Assembly (NCBI GenBank): GCA_012295275.1
Contig: CM022670.1
Coordinates: 30,814,001 to 30,878,000 of the forward strand
Reading direction: 5' to 3'
DNA length: 64,000 nucleotides
Source: Chrysomallon squamiferum
Taxonomy: Eukaryota; Animalia; Mollusca
Shown here one piece after another: positions 16,195-31,484 of this stretch. The translations under genes were made by a program, and so were the position numbers. The notes beneath the pieces were generated by a model. It saw only the letters and a list, made by a program, of their open reading frames with translations. It was not told the origin of the DNA and did not search any database. The stretch's first letter is position 1. Each line of letters starts with the position of its first letter.

Positions 16195-16470
16195 TCATTG
16201 GGGAATCGCGCGCAGATGCCCATTAATCAGAGAAAAATACCCCCACCATCGACAAGACTTCCAAACCGATCACGTGATCCGATTGCGATCGCACTGATTG
16301 GTTCATTCCTAATCAGTGATGATCTGCGATTGTGGCGGAAATGTCGGACAGCGCAATTCCTGATTATGTTCGCTGGTGATAAATAAACCATTGGCCGATA
16401 TCAGACCGACTCTTTTTGATGCGTGCTGTACACGCAATGTGTCGGCTGATAATTGCATGCTGTCAGATAA
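16195..16470. promoter_or_regulatory. CpG-rich island with clustered factor-binding-like motifs (candidate enhancer/promoter)
   Basis: GATCACGTGATC E-box palindrome 16268-16279, TGCGATCGCA palindrome, two ATTGG boxes, several TAATC/GATTA; high CpG for this genome. Confidence 0.45.
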
Positions 16471-17331
16471 AGGCTGCAATTTTCAATATCAAACTGGTTT
16501 TCTGCAAACAAATGGATCATAATATTGACGAATATTAATAATATCATATGAGTTTGTCGTGTCGTTCCTATTTCCATGATAATGCTGTCTTCCTGATGCG
16601 AGGACCCTCAAACACAGTTTGTAATTGTAGGCATATTTTTTTTTCAATTACTCCCGCCGAGACGTAACTATAGGAAGAATATTAGCGAGCCGTTCGTTCT
16701 AAATGATTTTATTTTCTCATTTTGCTCCAGGTTCTGGATTTCGTTTAAGTCTGTCAGTGTAACGCCAAAACGGTTAATTTCGGTTTCTGAGGTCCATTAA
16801 GCACATTGAAAAACGCCGCGACCTGACAGAAATAAATAACTGAAGTAAATACAGTGTAATTCAGCGAAAAAATAAAATTGTGTTAGGTATTTTAACATTT
16901 CAAAGAGAATCAAATACAAAGTTTTCATCTTTTATTTAGATATTAACAATATTATGAAAACAGAAAAAAAAAATAACAAAAGATTATTTAGGCTCAGATT
17001 ATTTCAGTGAAAAAGAAAGACGATTGTAACAACTTTGTCTTTTTAACTAGAAATTTGCATTTAAATGTTAGTGTTTTTCATTCATTCATTCGTTCTGTTA
17101 AATTTATTCCATGAAATTCAGATTTACATTTGTCAGAAGTGGAAATAACATAGACCACCATGTTGATGTAGCAAGTCTTCGAAATTTAACAATCAGTTTT
17201 TAACGAATGTTGAAGAAAAAATATTAGTCGTATGAAAAGACTGTTACTTTAGCAAATTAGAAGATATTTTCATCTTTGCATAGTTTCTCAAAATTGTCTG
17301 CTACATCCATATCATTCACTGGACTCGCAAG

Positions 17332-17427
<96 letters not shown>

Positions 17428-17574
17428 TGCGTATATAACACTAAAGATCTCTAACTGGTTTAACATTACTGAGCCCGCAGTTTTCCGCGGATTAGTAAGG
17501 GATTAAGTGATAAGGCTGAACGCTTCAATCGCTATAGTCAGTGTCATTACTCAGAATCCAAGCCTGTTCTTAAA

Positions 17575-18215
17575 TATGTTGCAGCTTATATGGTAATACA
17601 TGTACACACCCATGTACCAGATGTTTACCATACACGCATTTGTCAACCAGAAAATATACCCCTAAGCTACACATTGCTTCGTGATAAGAAACAAACAACG
17701 TACTGCAACATGTTTGCTGTTGTGAAACAGGACACAGCGGTTATCAAACTGGAGCAGAACTACCAATCGTGACGAGGGATGGCATTAAAAAGACGAGTGG
17801 CAGTGGTCATCCCAACTTTTTTAAATTCATAGATATGATTAAGAGAGAAAAGGCCTTTGTTGAGGCTGCAATTTTACTATTAAGAGCTGGCGGAAGGTTG
17901 GCACCAAAACGTAGGAAATTCCAACAACTTGTCTTTGACATATGCCAACAGCAAATGCTCCTCTTGACAAGACAGAACACTCCAATAGAATATGCTGATT
18001 CCGTCTCCCATTTTTTTTGGACTGTGCAATGTTGTAAGTCAGTTATTATCATTGACTGTTTCAGTAATATAAAACAATTCCGTCTCTCATTTTGTTAGAC
18101 TGTGAAATGTTATCAGTCCATTGTTGGTCGTTTGGGAAATAAACTATACTGTAATCCCCTATTGTTTCATAATTTGTTATCCTTGACTGCTTCAGTAACA
18201 TAACAATAGGTGCAG
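17575..18215 (+). mobile_element. Degenerate MULE transposase remnant (middle and C-terminal part, internal deletion) with subterminal direct repeats
   Basis: ENIPLSYTLLRDKKQTTY, RTTNRDEGWH, GHPNFFKFIDMIKRE...PKRRKF...EYADSVSH; duplicated tccgtctc(c/t)catttt..gactgtg.aatgtt and ttgactg.ttcagtaa units at 18000-18210. Confidence 0.8.
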
Positions 18216-20469
18216 GCACAGTGAGATGACATTAATTAAAACGTTTCTGTCAGTTTAGCGTTATAACGTCTTGGTGAAAAGAACGACAAAGAGAAAAAGT
18301 CGAATTTCACGTTTTCCAAGTGTCTCACTTGATCAGTTTGAATTTTATGATGATCATTCTAGAAACAATCCGGTCTCGAGTTCAGTCGCAGACGTGTTCG
18401 ACATGGAATAGTCATGAACATGGTAATAATAATCTCTATCACAGAATCCATGCGAAATCTAAATCATGGAAAATCAGACCTTGTGAAAATGATTTAATGT
18501 CAACCAGTATTGAGCAGACGTCCACAAATAACATCTAATATATCTTGCGATGAACACCGATAATAATTATGTGAAAGATCTGAGAATTTTATAATTTATT
18601 TTAGAAAACCCCAGCCTGTGATGATTTTACTGCACCATTGAATAACAGTATAATGAAACTCGAATCTTCAAAATAAATAATACGATCTGGTTTAATACAT
18701 CCAAATTCATATTATTATAGAATAATATTTCGGATAAATTTAGGTTTAACAATATAAGCTACTTAGTATGAGCAAATTATTGTGCTGTGTTAAAAGGCAT
18801 CATAGGAATTTTAATAGTATTATTACTCAAACGTCGTAGCACTTTAATTTTGCAAGTAGCTTTATTTGTTAATCTTTTGGAAAGTGATTCATAAAGAGAT
18901 TTTTGTTTTTGGGCGGCAATGATACTGGTTTTATCATTCTGATTCACAAACCCAGGTTCCGTAACTGCACGACGACCAGTCGGTCTCGCTGCGTTTTACA
19001 TCAGTTGATTGTGAATTATTTAGCAGCAGATGTGTCAGTTTTGAAAAGCAACACATGTAATAATAGCTAAATTGATGTGCAGCAGCGCCGACGTCCCACT
19101 CAATTAGCGTAAAAGTCTGGATGCCATAAAACAAGGCCACCGTCGCAGCACAATGGCGACCATTGAAAGGAATTACGAGGAACAAACCAAAGAGAAATGC
19201 CTCTAATTGCCAGCCTTCCGCGAACTCAATCCTACGAGGCTCATTTGGTGACTTGCATGTGCCAGACGAACCTGCAAACGTCACGGGATACGGATACTGT
19301 GGCGATCAGTGAATCAGAGATCATTCATTGCAATATTATTTGTACTGCTACTTTACTTTCAGTCTATTTTTAGATCATCCAGCAGTAACGTAATGTTGGG
19401 GATGGGGGAAAAACGTGTTGCATCTTTGGTTTCCAGTTCTTGTTTTGTTCTAATTTCAGTATTAAAATAGAAACCTTTTGCAGAGCAATTAGGTTTTCCG
19501 AGAATGAGAGAACCAGGGCACTTTACGAAACCAGATTATTATAGTGAACCTTTTTCTGAAAAAGGATTTTTTGGCTCTATAAATGAAATATAATTACTAT
19601 TGTCTCTTACAATGGCTGTGGATCGCAATACAGTCAGCATTCGTAAAGTGGTATTTTCTTTATTATTGCTGTTGCAAGGGTTTTTAGTTTAAAAAGTGTT
19701 CAAACAACAGATCTCATTTAATGCCTTGTTGTTTAATTATTTATATTTAATTTTTAGTGGTCTGTTTCTCTCTCTTTTTCTCGTTCTGTCTTTCTTTCTA
19801 TCCCACTTTATTTCTATTACTCATCTCTTTCTTTATCTCTTATCTATCTGTCTATGTCTGTCTTCTTTCCTCTTTCTATTTCTCTTTTCCTCGCTCTTTC
19901 TCTTTCAGTTTTTTCTTTCACATTCATGAATTTACCGAATCGAAGGTTTCAAAGGAAACAACTGTTTTCTACATCTTTCTAAAAAGTGACAAACAAAAAG
20001 CATTTGCGGACCGCTGTAAGTGAAATTTAATTTCTGTAACTCTAATTACTCTGCGGAGATATTCACTTTTTCTACTAATTAACAAACTAATTTCCTTTTG
20101 ACTATTCTTGTAGTTGCAAAATTGCTATTGTTTTCAATATTCTATATTTTTTTCGTTTTCGAAAATCAGCTTAGAATGCTTTTTCCTTCTGAAAAGAGCA
20201 GGTGTCACGTTATATACGTGTAACAGTATGCTGGAAATAATTACTTTAGTAAATTGACCTGCCTGGCTTTTTATAATAGTGACACTTCGTAATATAAATA
20301 TTAGTATTTATATTATTAAAAAAAAAATACTCTCACAGTTTGCCCAATTAAATGAATAATTTTTTATAATACGTATTTATATAAATAAATAAATAAACAA
20401 ATAAATAAATATAATTTTGCAAAATCATTATTTAGAAATAAAGCTTAAATTAAAAAACAAAACAAAATT

Positions 20470-20493
20470 AATAACAACAACAACAACAACAGC

Positions 20494-20569
<76 letters not shown>

Positions 20570-20592
20570 GTATTAATAATAATAATAATAAT
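20470..20592. repeat. (AAC)n(AAT)n microsatellite
   Basis: Directly visible. Confidence 0.95.
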
Positions 20593-22645
20593 ATAGAAAA
20601 AAATACTTTTAATAATACATTTTTTTTTCTTTGTGAGGTTTCCCTACAGGTTTCAGTACAGTGATTATAGTAATGACAGACCTCTGACAAAGTGCTCTAT
20701 ATTTCATTAACTTCATGTAATGTAGAACATCTTAAAACGTACTTATTGATTTGCAACAACACCACTCTTTAGCGACAAGACACATGTTAAACCCTCTGCT
20801 ACGACGAATAGAACCAATTACAAATCGATCACAAGCACTCGACCGTATCATCTTAAGTACTTATTGACTCCAACTTTACAGTCAAATGCACAGATTAAAA
20901 TACGACAGAGAAAAGAAAAATATTGATAATATTTCAATCTAAAAAAAATAAAATAAAAAAATAAAAAGAAGTATTTAATTCATAATACAATTTTATGAAA
21001 ATACTCACGGTCTGAAATATGTAAGTGAGTATTTTGTAACTGCTATGATCTCGCTATTACGATACACAGACGTGTAAAACAATGTATGTTAGTTTTCAGA
21101 TACAGACATATATTCAAATGACTTTAAGTTTATAAATGCTATAGAAACTTGTTTTCTAAGAAGAAGACAATGCAATGGCAAGAAAGATTTTAAATTTTTA
21201 ACACTTTACTCAGAAATAAGTATGAGTTTCGTAATACACAAATGCTTAAATATTTCGTTTCTACATATGAAGAGAACGGGTCAATACATTCCACTGTTTT
21301 TCATATCATTTCTCGTTGACTTGCGTTTTAAAACTTAACAAATAAAAATAATGTGTAACAAGAGATCGATCTTACATCGACACATTTGTTTGAAACCTGT
21401 AGTCGAGCACAAGCCGCCTGAAAACTCTAAATAATTGAAAACAATTAGTGGCAGATATTTTTTACACGACTTTACAACGACGCAGCGGAATACTGGACAC
21501 ATTGCAATGATTTTTATCGCAATCAACAAAGTTAACATACGCCAAGTGATAGTTCCATTATACAGTGCGGTAGTCAGACAGGTAAACAATTTATCAGTTT
21601 ATTTTTAGCACTCAGCGTCCACCCCCCAAAAAAAAAAAAAGTAAAAAAAAAAAAGAGAAAGAGAGACGTCAAATACAGATATGATTAAAGCTAGGAGATT
21701 AACGTTGATTTTAATCTTTGCAAAACTTGATACATCGAATGGGTTTGAAACGTCTCATACAATGACTGTGGAACGTCCTGATAGTCAACAATTTTTGAAC
21801 AATGAAACCGCTTTTGAACGTTTCATGGAATCTGCCAGAAACCACATGATCCGACAAGATCAGGTGTGGTCTTTGTTTTCGCGACATTTCTTCATTAAAT
21901 CAGACAATGGGCCGAATCACAAGGCCATGAAAATGCGAACTGAATGACGTTTGACACAAAATGTTTCACCAATGATTAATTATCGATGGCAATGAGTAAC
22001 TCACCTACGGTATGAATTAACGTTTTTTGTTTCATGTAACAATCATTATCGCTAAATTTTGTACATGGTGGCTTATATTCTTATTACAATAGGATACTCT
22101 AAAGAGTTAAGAAATAAAGAGTTAATTCAGGAACTATTATAACCTATTTCTATTTACGTTATTTATAACAATAAATAATGAATTTATTTCTTTATTATCT
22201 CTCTCTCTCTCTCTCTATCTATCAATATATATATTTGAAAAACTGTAATCTTTCATAAATATTTTATATTTTACAGTGAAATATATAAATTTCTCATATT
22301 AATATTTTTAAACAGAATTTTAAATATTTAAAGTAAACCAGTTTTCTTCTTACAATACACTCTTTACCTAACTGAGAAAATAATCTATATAAAACATGTC
22401 ATCTTCTAATGTAATAAAATAAACATTTTATTCTATAATTAATTTTGGGTTTTATTTACAAAATCTCGCTTATGACTGATGGAACAAATCTGAAAATATA
22501 TCTTTGTTTTGTTTATATGTATGTATTTATTTATGAAAGTGTGTATATATGTATGTATGTGTTTGTCTGTGTATATGCATTTTGCTAAAGCTAGTTACCA
22601 TAATGAAGTATAATCATAATCATAATGATGATCATCATTATATTG

Positions 22646-22699
<54 letters not shown>

Positions 22700-23277
22700 A
22701 TTAATATTATTATTATTTCTGATTTTATTGTAGGCTTTGCGTAAATTTGTTTGTCATTCAGAGGTCTTCTCTTTATGAGCCATTCGTAAATTATTAGGAA
22801 AGAATAGCAATAATTAAGTGTAAATGTTGATATGTGTTCGACAGGGTTTTATATAAGAAAGATTAAAGAAGAAGAAAAATTAAAATAATTGTCTTTAAGA
22901 TTAAACATTGTCTAACACGCATAAAGAAATAAATATCAGACGCATGCTTTTCTACATTCCTTTTCGCAACGCCTCCTTAATGAACCACGTGGTCACACTG
23001 TATAAAAATGGCAGAGTTCACACAATAGGGTGCAGCGAAAGACGATACAATATCCATTAAAGTAGAAACGCTAGTGTCCATTCCACTCCATTAAGCGAAA
23101 GGAAAGTTGTTTAGTTGATCCGCAGTTCCCGGAGGTACCTATACTTCACTGATCAAGCATGCAGTATAAATGAAGACACTAAAATGGCGATGAATAATTT
23201 AGATGCAGAGAAGCATTGTCAGTCTGAATTGGAAAAAAATTCCAAGAGAGGACAGATCCATGTCTCGACAACCTATG

Positions 23278-23338
<61 letters not shown>

Positions 23339-25874
23339 TTTTCCTCTTTCTTTTCTTCTTCTTGGAATGACACGTTAAAGGCAGACGAGAGCCAGACTTT
23401 TGGCGCCCTACTTACTGATTGGTACTCTCGTATCTTTTGTCATTTTGATGATTAGGACATCGTGTGCGAGAAATACGTGTACAGACGACAATATCTTCCT
23501 CTTCTCTTCTTCTTCTTTTTCTTCTTCTTCTTCTGTTTTGTTTATTTATTTATTTTTTTTTTTTTTTTTTTTATTATTTATTATTATTTTTTTTTTTTTG
23601 AGGGAATAGCAGGGAGCGTTAATTCATTTAGAGAATACAGATTTGTTAAGAGAATCAAGTGGTTGACGTTCTGGTCATGTTCATACAATGCAGGAGCCAT
23701 CAGATAGAGAGTCTCGTTTTGGTTACTTATTCAACACCTGTAAAAAAGATGTAGCTGTTTCGCCACCTTGTAGCTGAGAAGAAGGTTTTCGATTTTATGA
23801 TGGAGCTGCAGCAGTGACGAAGAAGCCATGTCAATTACGTGTATTCTCAAGCAATAACAACCATATGTTGTATTATTTACCCAAGAATACCCGTAGTCGA
23901 CTAGGCCATGTATCTGCGTTGTCGTTTCCTCCCACAGAAATCGTTTTCTTCCATGTCTATGAAATCCTGTGCTTTGCAAAAAAAATTATAAAACCGCAGC
24001 ATGCCAACAAATAGATGTATAAATAAATGTATAAACTGCTGAAAAACATATATTGTGAATCCCACATCGCTATTGCTAAAAAAAAAAGTTCAGGCAAATA
24101 AGATTGACCAAGTTAATGTATCAGTACTGAGGTGCTATTGTATTGAAGGCGGTGAATAAAAGTATATTCTCAAACATAATATCACAGATAAAAAAATAAA
24201 AATAAAAGTATTTTGTTATTTATAAATAAAATATGAAGTGTAAAAGAAATCAGTGTATGAAAATACAAAATCTTTTAAAACATAACTTTTTATCATAATT
24301 AAGATACATTAAATACAGATGTTTTTATAATTGTAATTACAAAATCGTTATGAAAAAATGTGTGTATTACCAGTTTTCATTATATTCAAAAAGACTGAAA
24401 TACATAGAGAAAACGTACGTGTAGAAAATGAATGAAAACTAATTACTTACATTGGTACTTTAGAGAAAGATCTATCATCAGACTGCGGTGCCCGGATGTA
24501 CAATTCATTCAGGAACACCTGCGATTCAAGAAATTTTAAGGAAGTTTCCTCTTTTTGCATCCTATTAAGGCGGCATAATCGTGGAAAATTTAACATCTTG
24601 TGATGTGTCAGAGTTAAATAAATCCTTTACGTTAAATACAGATGATTTTATTTTGAAGCAGTTAGCATCTTTTTAAGATATTTTCTTGTTTTACTTCGTT
24701 CCTATGACAAATTGTTCACTGCAACAGATTGTCGTCTGCTTCTAGCTTTTGCCGCAAATGAGCACGCTCAAAAGTCACGTGACAAACAAACGGTGCGTGG
24801 CTTCTCCAGGCAGGTACATCGATCGATTTTCGTCTTGTCCGTGTGTGTTTGGAACCAGCGCTTGCTGAAATGACAAAGAACAAATGACACGAGAAAATAG
24901 CTAGTATAAGAACGGAACAGACTTGAGAGTCATCTCTGTTTTGACTTTAAAGCACACTCCATGACCTATTTTACATCCGCATGCTTCGGCTTCCGGACCA
25001 GTTCCAGTATAGCAACATCTCTTGAATCAGAAGGGGAAGAAAACAAAGGAATCACTGTAGCTAATTTTGCTGTCAAGTGCACGTAACCACAATCAAAATT
25101 CTTCATTAATGTCATTCTTTTAAATCAGCCATTTGCCGTCGAAAGAGAGAGAATGATTTCACGTGAGGCCCAGCTTCAATAGATACTCTCTAAACGATTG
25201 CTTAACTGGGCCAGCTCGTGGAATTTGGATCTGTGGTCTGCTAATCGTTTGCCAAATAGTCTCTGTGGCTTAGTGCCAAAGCAAGGGTAGTAGCGATTTA
25301 TGAACACAAATAAAATTTAAATTCCCTTATGAATATACTGAATGGATTTGAATACCATTTGACCCTATGCGTATTTCCCAAGACAACTTCCATAGTCGTT
25401 TTCGCGTGTACGGATAAATTGCTTAGATGTCAGATGAGAATTGTAAAAATATGTTCCCATATAAATACACGACGTTGTAAGGAACAGAAATAAATAATAA
25501 ACGCCTATCATCAAAGCTGACATCGTTCCTGTCATAAGAAATGGTATAAGCACAGAATTATTAATTTACACAGAGCATTATAAAACGTTGATGGAAGAAT
25601 TATTCTTAAAATTATAAAATTATTGTTACTAAGTTTTGTGTATGTTATTTCTGTGTTATTAATCAAAAACAAAATTGGAATATGTAAACCGTTATAACCG
25701 AAATTATTCGTAATGATAATAATGTTTTTGCTTACGTTTAAATGTTTTCGTGTAAACAGTTAATGGGGATGCCAAAAAACGTAAATTTATATTAAGGCCT
25801 ATCCTTCATTTAAATGGTTTATATAGTTAAGATGAAAAATATAATGATACTTAAATGAGAAAAATGAAATGAAC

Positions 25875-25956
<82 letters not shown>

Positions 25957-26709
25957 CAAGCGAATTTAGTGATCCCGTAACGACATAGTAATTAACTGTC
26001 GAAACTAACAGCCTACGTACTGTTTTCATTATCTGTTTATTTATTTATTTATTTATTAGTTAGTTAGTTTGTTTGTTTGTTTGTTTATGTGTTTGTTTAT
26101 ATATTTAATTATTATTTCTTTGCATTATTACAAAAATTTATAATAATTAATAATTTCATCATTATTCGAAATGCTAAAATCTAATGTGCATTCGTTTGCA
26201 AACAACTGACTGCAGCTTCTCCTTTACTGTTTCTTCGTTCTTCTTTTTCTTCTTCTTCTACTAAAAAATGATAACAATATTTTCTCTCTTCCAGTTAGTT
26301 TCAGCCCTCACATATTACTCTAACACTTCTCAAAAAGTCAAGTACAAACAAACCTGTCAGTTCGTTCCTGCTGGAAATGACAGAGTCCTCTTCAGAATTT
26401 TCCATCTATGACAAAGAAAATTATTAGCTAGTAGATACGAGAAAAAATTCACTATATTAATCTTTCTAATTAGAGGTGGCTACATTGTTTCCCGAGTTTG
26501 TCTTCAACAGAATGTTAAACAAACAAAAAATAATAATAATAAATAAATAAATAAAATATAAAATAAAATAGAATTTCTATTGCATATAACAGAGAATAAA
26601 GAGGACGATATTTTAAAAATACGGTTCTGTTGTCGTTTGTTTAAACATAAAATTATGACAAAACGGCACAAACACACACATATAAGTAATTTTGTATGTA
26701 TATACATAC

Positions 26710-26766
<57 letters not shown>

Positions 26767-27521
26767 TACACATATATATATATATTCATGCGTATATAAC
26801 ACTAATTGGACATACACATAACAAAACATACACTAATCTGTTTTAAGATAACATTTTACATTTCACATTACAAATCACAGTCCATCTGCTTTTAATAGCT
26901 GCTGTCAAAACTTACTAATAGAAATAAAATATCACCAAAAAAAATTTCACTGATATTAAATAAGTAGCTAAACAAACAAACAGATGAAATAGCAAACAAA
27001 CAAACAACAAACTAAACAAATAACAAATCTGTATATCATAAATCAGATTAAAATAAAACAAACAAAAAGTCTTGAATTATAATTAGCAGTATACTACCAG
27101 TACCGTATCTCTTATCATCTGTGAAAAAATTTAAAATCGAAAAAATTGTGTGACTAAACCACCGCTTTCAACCTTTTTCATTTTGTCTATGGTGCGCCGG
27201 AAAACAATGGACGGTTTTACGACAGTTAAAGACAAGCCTGGTACATTAGTACGCTGTCCAGCGTTCGCAATAAAGCAGCGACTCGGTAAAACGTTGTTAC
27301 CTGGCATTGATAAGTAAAGCTATTTCCTTTGTCTCTGGATTCAGGAATATCTGCAATCTAAACTTATCAGTCAGAGTTTAATGAATGAGAAACTCAATAT
27401 ATATGCATTAAAGGTAAAAATAAATGACATTAAAATGTTACTACATTTTTAGCTAACGCTTTTAAATGATGAAAATAAACACGTATGTTTCTGTGTGAGT
27501 GTGTATTGTGAATGTGTGTGT

Positions 27522-27523
<2 letters not shown>

Positions 27524-27585
<62 letters not shown>

Positions 27586-27724
27586 TTATATTAGATAAGA
27601 TCAAGGAATATGTCAAATTTATTATTTATGTTAGCTGTTACAAGGTTGAATATTTTACCTGGCATGGCAGTCGTCAAAACAAAATATATGTGTGTGTGTG
27701 TTTGTATGTATGTATGTTTGTATG

Positions 27725-27756
<32 letters not shown>

Positions 27757-27920
27757 TGTATGTATGTATGTATGTATGCATGCATGCGTGTATGTGTGTG
27801 TATGTATGTATGTATGTATGTATATGTATGTGTGTATGTATGTATGTATGTATACATGCATGCATGTGTGTATATGTGTGTGTGTGTATGTATGTATGTA
27901 TGTATGTATATGTGTGTGTT
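27524..27920. repeat. (GA)n then (TATG)n compound microsatellites
   Basis: Directly visible. Confidence 0.93.
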
Positions 27921-28937
27921 TGTATCTATTAGCATTATATGTATGAAATCCTCCAGTTCGAAATCAAAGATAAAAAGAAGAGAATTACACCTATCCATCA
28001 TTACCTACCTGTGGTCAGTTAATTATGTTAATCAGAATAAGGCAGGTGCGCGATGCCAGATCATATTGATCTCTTGGTGCGATCGGCATTAACAAAATAT
28101 AATACATATTCCTTAATGACTTATCACAAGAGAGACGCACACGCCGCCCTTCTTAACGAGAGTTCATAATTAATTTAGACCTTCCAGTTAGCGCTTCCTG
28201 TGGTAGCTGTTCGAGCTGGTTTATTATTCACAAAAGCTAATCACAAACACTGATGAGAAACAAAAACAACGAAATCTGAGCTCTCGGGGAATAGCCATTT
28301 GTTAAAAACACATCATTTTTGAAGCCAGATTTTAGTTTTTATTATTAATCAGTGGATTTAGTTCTTTTTTTCTACCTACAAAATGCTGTAATGAACACTG
28401 ATGGTACTGAAATAACCTTGAGGTATTGATCATATCGAATGCTTAGAACACAAAATGGAAATACCAAAAATAAATAGCAATTTTGAATTTGTTGGCCAAA
28501 TGTATAGGCCGAAGCGTAATAACAAAAAGGCATTACAAAATTCGTTATTGAAGATGGTCTTAATAAAGTACATTCAAGCTTAAGTGCTCTTGTTACTTAG
28601 GACAGTATTAGTTTGTTAGAAGTTGAGTTAGAGAAAAGGAAAGGTAGCATGATCTCATACCTTCCAGGTGATCTCTGGGAAGGAGCAGCTCTCAGTGTCT
28701 TATAGTCTACCAGTAAACTGTCATCACCTGGAGGCTGATTTGTAATGTTAAACAGGTTGTTTTACTTTGATTCGGTACTAAAATACATTACTGCTTTTGA
28801 ATGATAGAGAGATAAATAGATAGATAGATATAAATATAGACAGACAGGTAACTCTAGATTACGATATTAATAATAAGTGGTTATTATTTCTCTATGTAGA
28901 TAGTTTGTTTATTTTTATTTATTGTATTTTCTTACTT

Positions 28938-28972
<35 letters not shown>

Positions 28973-28980
28973 TTTTTTGT

Positions 28981-29012
<32 letters not shown>

Positions 29013-30149
29013 ATTGTAGTAGTAGTAGCAGTATAAGTATTAGTATTAGTATTATTTTCTTTATATCATATTGTAGTTAATGTTTCTTGACCCTCTGTAA
29101 TTTTCTATGCATATTAAATGCGGAAACAAAATCCCGATTCCCAAATGGGAAGGGAAAAAAATGTTATTAGCTGACATCGAAGTAGGCCTACTAATGTGTG
29201 ATCTTGTAGCCGGATAATGACACAAAATAATGATGATTTTAAATCAATATCTAATGTAAGCCTTAAATCACTATTTTTTCTTTAATATTCTTTTTCTTTC
29301 CTAAATGTTTTTTTTAGTCACTTGAGAATTTTGCAGTGTCTAATGTTTCTAAAAAGATTTCAAAAAATTTCTACTCCGGTTTTTCTTTTTTCTTTTATTA
29401 TTAAATGTTTTTCATATATGTTGTTTTACGCTTTACATACACACGCACGCACTAACACACACAAATAAACACACACAGATAGTAAATGTTAATTTTAATA
29501 TTAAATAACTTTTCTTTACTTCAGTATATTTAGCTGCAGTTTATAAAAAGTATATTCTTATAAATGATTCATCTGAACAAATTATCATCATGTGACGTTA
29601 AAAAGATGAATATCATTGGTCAAGGAAATTAATTTGGCACACGAATTGTCATCAATATATCGTTACCTTAATGTCTAACACTATATTTTCTTTATAAAAG
29701 TCGGGAAATTATAGACGTGCTTCGTGAATTGTAGTATTTTATTCATGACATCTCTAATAATCAATATGAAGAAAATTAATAATCAAATTACATTAAAGTC
29801 TAATTTGGGACCATATGAATAAATAATAAAATATAATTGTTCGTTTTTTCAGGTTATTATTTTATTGTTCGTGGCGACATAACCTTATACATAACGAAAT
29901 ATGACAACAAAATAATACTCTGTCAAAACATTTTACCGCCACTATTTCATAACTGGAATCGTGACGTTATCGCTTATTTTTTTGTGACAACGATAGAAGA
30001 AACGAAAGCAAATTGATCTCTGTAATGCAAAGATGACACGACTACAGAAAAATAATGGAGCCAGTTAATTTGTAACCTGTTATACTTCGTAATTATTTAA
30101 GATTGTACGGTAAACAACAACAACAGCAACAACTATTATTAATATTATT

Positions 30150-31484
30150 ATAAAAATAAATAATAAGGACAATATAAAAACAACACAAACTAAAACAGAA
30201 AACAACTCTATAACTTGTCTTAATGACCAAAGGTACGCATTAATTTATAATAAAAATCTAAATATGCCTGTCGATAGAAAAATCGAACGATAAAATAGAT
30301 GATCTCATAAAGTTACGTATTTAAAAACTGTATTATAAAGCAAAACGTAAACGACTTTAAAGATTTGGGTGTCTGTGTGAGTGTGTGCTGTAGACGCCAA
30401 AACCGCTTTATACATTACTTTATCTTATCTTATTTATTTGTTTATTTACTTATTTACTTATTTTTTGGAGTCGTGAAGTCACTGCGTACGTGGCGAACTC
30501 ACAGCCGTTTCATTTTGTCTGAAGCATCCACAGCAAATCGATGACGTCATGACTACCTTTATCGGGCCCAGATACCTTTTGATTATACTTCTTCTATGTT
30601 ATATTTCGTATTACAGTCAAAACATATTATTTTATCTAGACCAAAACTAAACAAAATGGAACCAAATGAAAAGAAATAAAGAGTCAAACAGTCTAATATA
30701 TAGATAGATAAACAGACAGATAGACAAAGATCGATAAAATATATATAAACAAAACATTTACAACGTTATTATTTCATTATTTTTAATACGAAAACATTTT
30801 CAAGTAAACTTGAAAAGAATAAAAGAATAATTATACAAACCGGTAAGATATTAACAAATAAAACCGTGTCCTTTCCAATTTCTTTGGCCGAATTACTATG
30901 AAATGTTAAAAGCAGTATCAACACATAAAACATTTATATACAATATCAAAATAAATAAAAATATAATTAAAAAACAAATAAAATAAAAAAAAAAAAATTA
31001 GAAAAAAAACAAGAAATAACAAATAACAAAATAACATTAAATATAATTAAAAAACAAATAAAAAAAATAGAAAAAAAACAAGAAATAACAAATAACAAAA
31101 TAACATTAAATATAATTAAAAAACAAATAAAATAAAAAAAATAGAAAAAAAACAAGAAATAACAAATAACAAAATAACATTAAAAAGAATTAAAATAAAC
31201 AAATAAATAAGATAAGATAAAGTAATGTATAAAGCGGTTTTGGCGTCTACAGCACACACTCACACAGACACCCAAATCTTTAAAGTCGTTTACGTTTTGC
31301 TTTATAATACAGTTTTTAAATACGTAACTTTATGAGATCATCTATTTTATCGTTCGATTTTTCTATCGACAGACATATTTAGATTTTTATTATAAATTAA
31401 TGCGTACCTTTGGTCATTAAGACAAGTTATAGAGTTGTTTTCTGTTTTAGTTTGTGTGTTTCTTGTTATTGTCCTTATTTTTTT

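Noticed and set aside
16683-16705. gcgagccgttcgttc reminiscent of miR-375 arms
   Set aside because: Neither strand matches the mature sequence and no complementary arm is nearby.
20998-21036. aaaatactcac/gtgagtatttt 11 bp inverted repeat
   Set aside because: Short AT-rich stem, plausible by chance in 64 kb.
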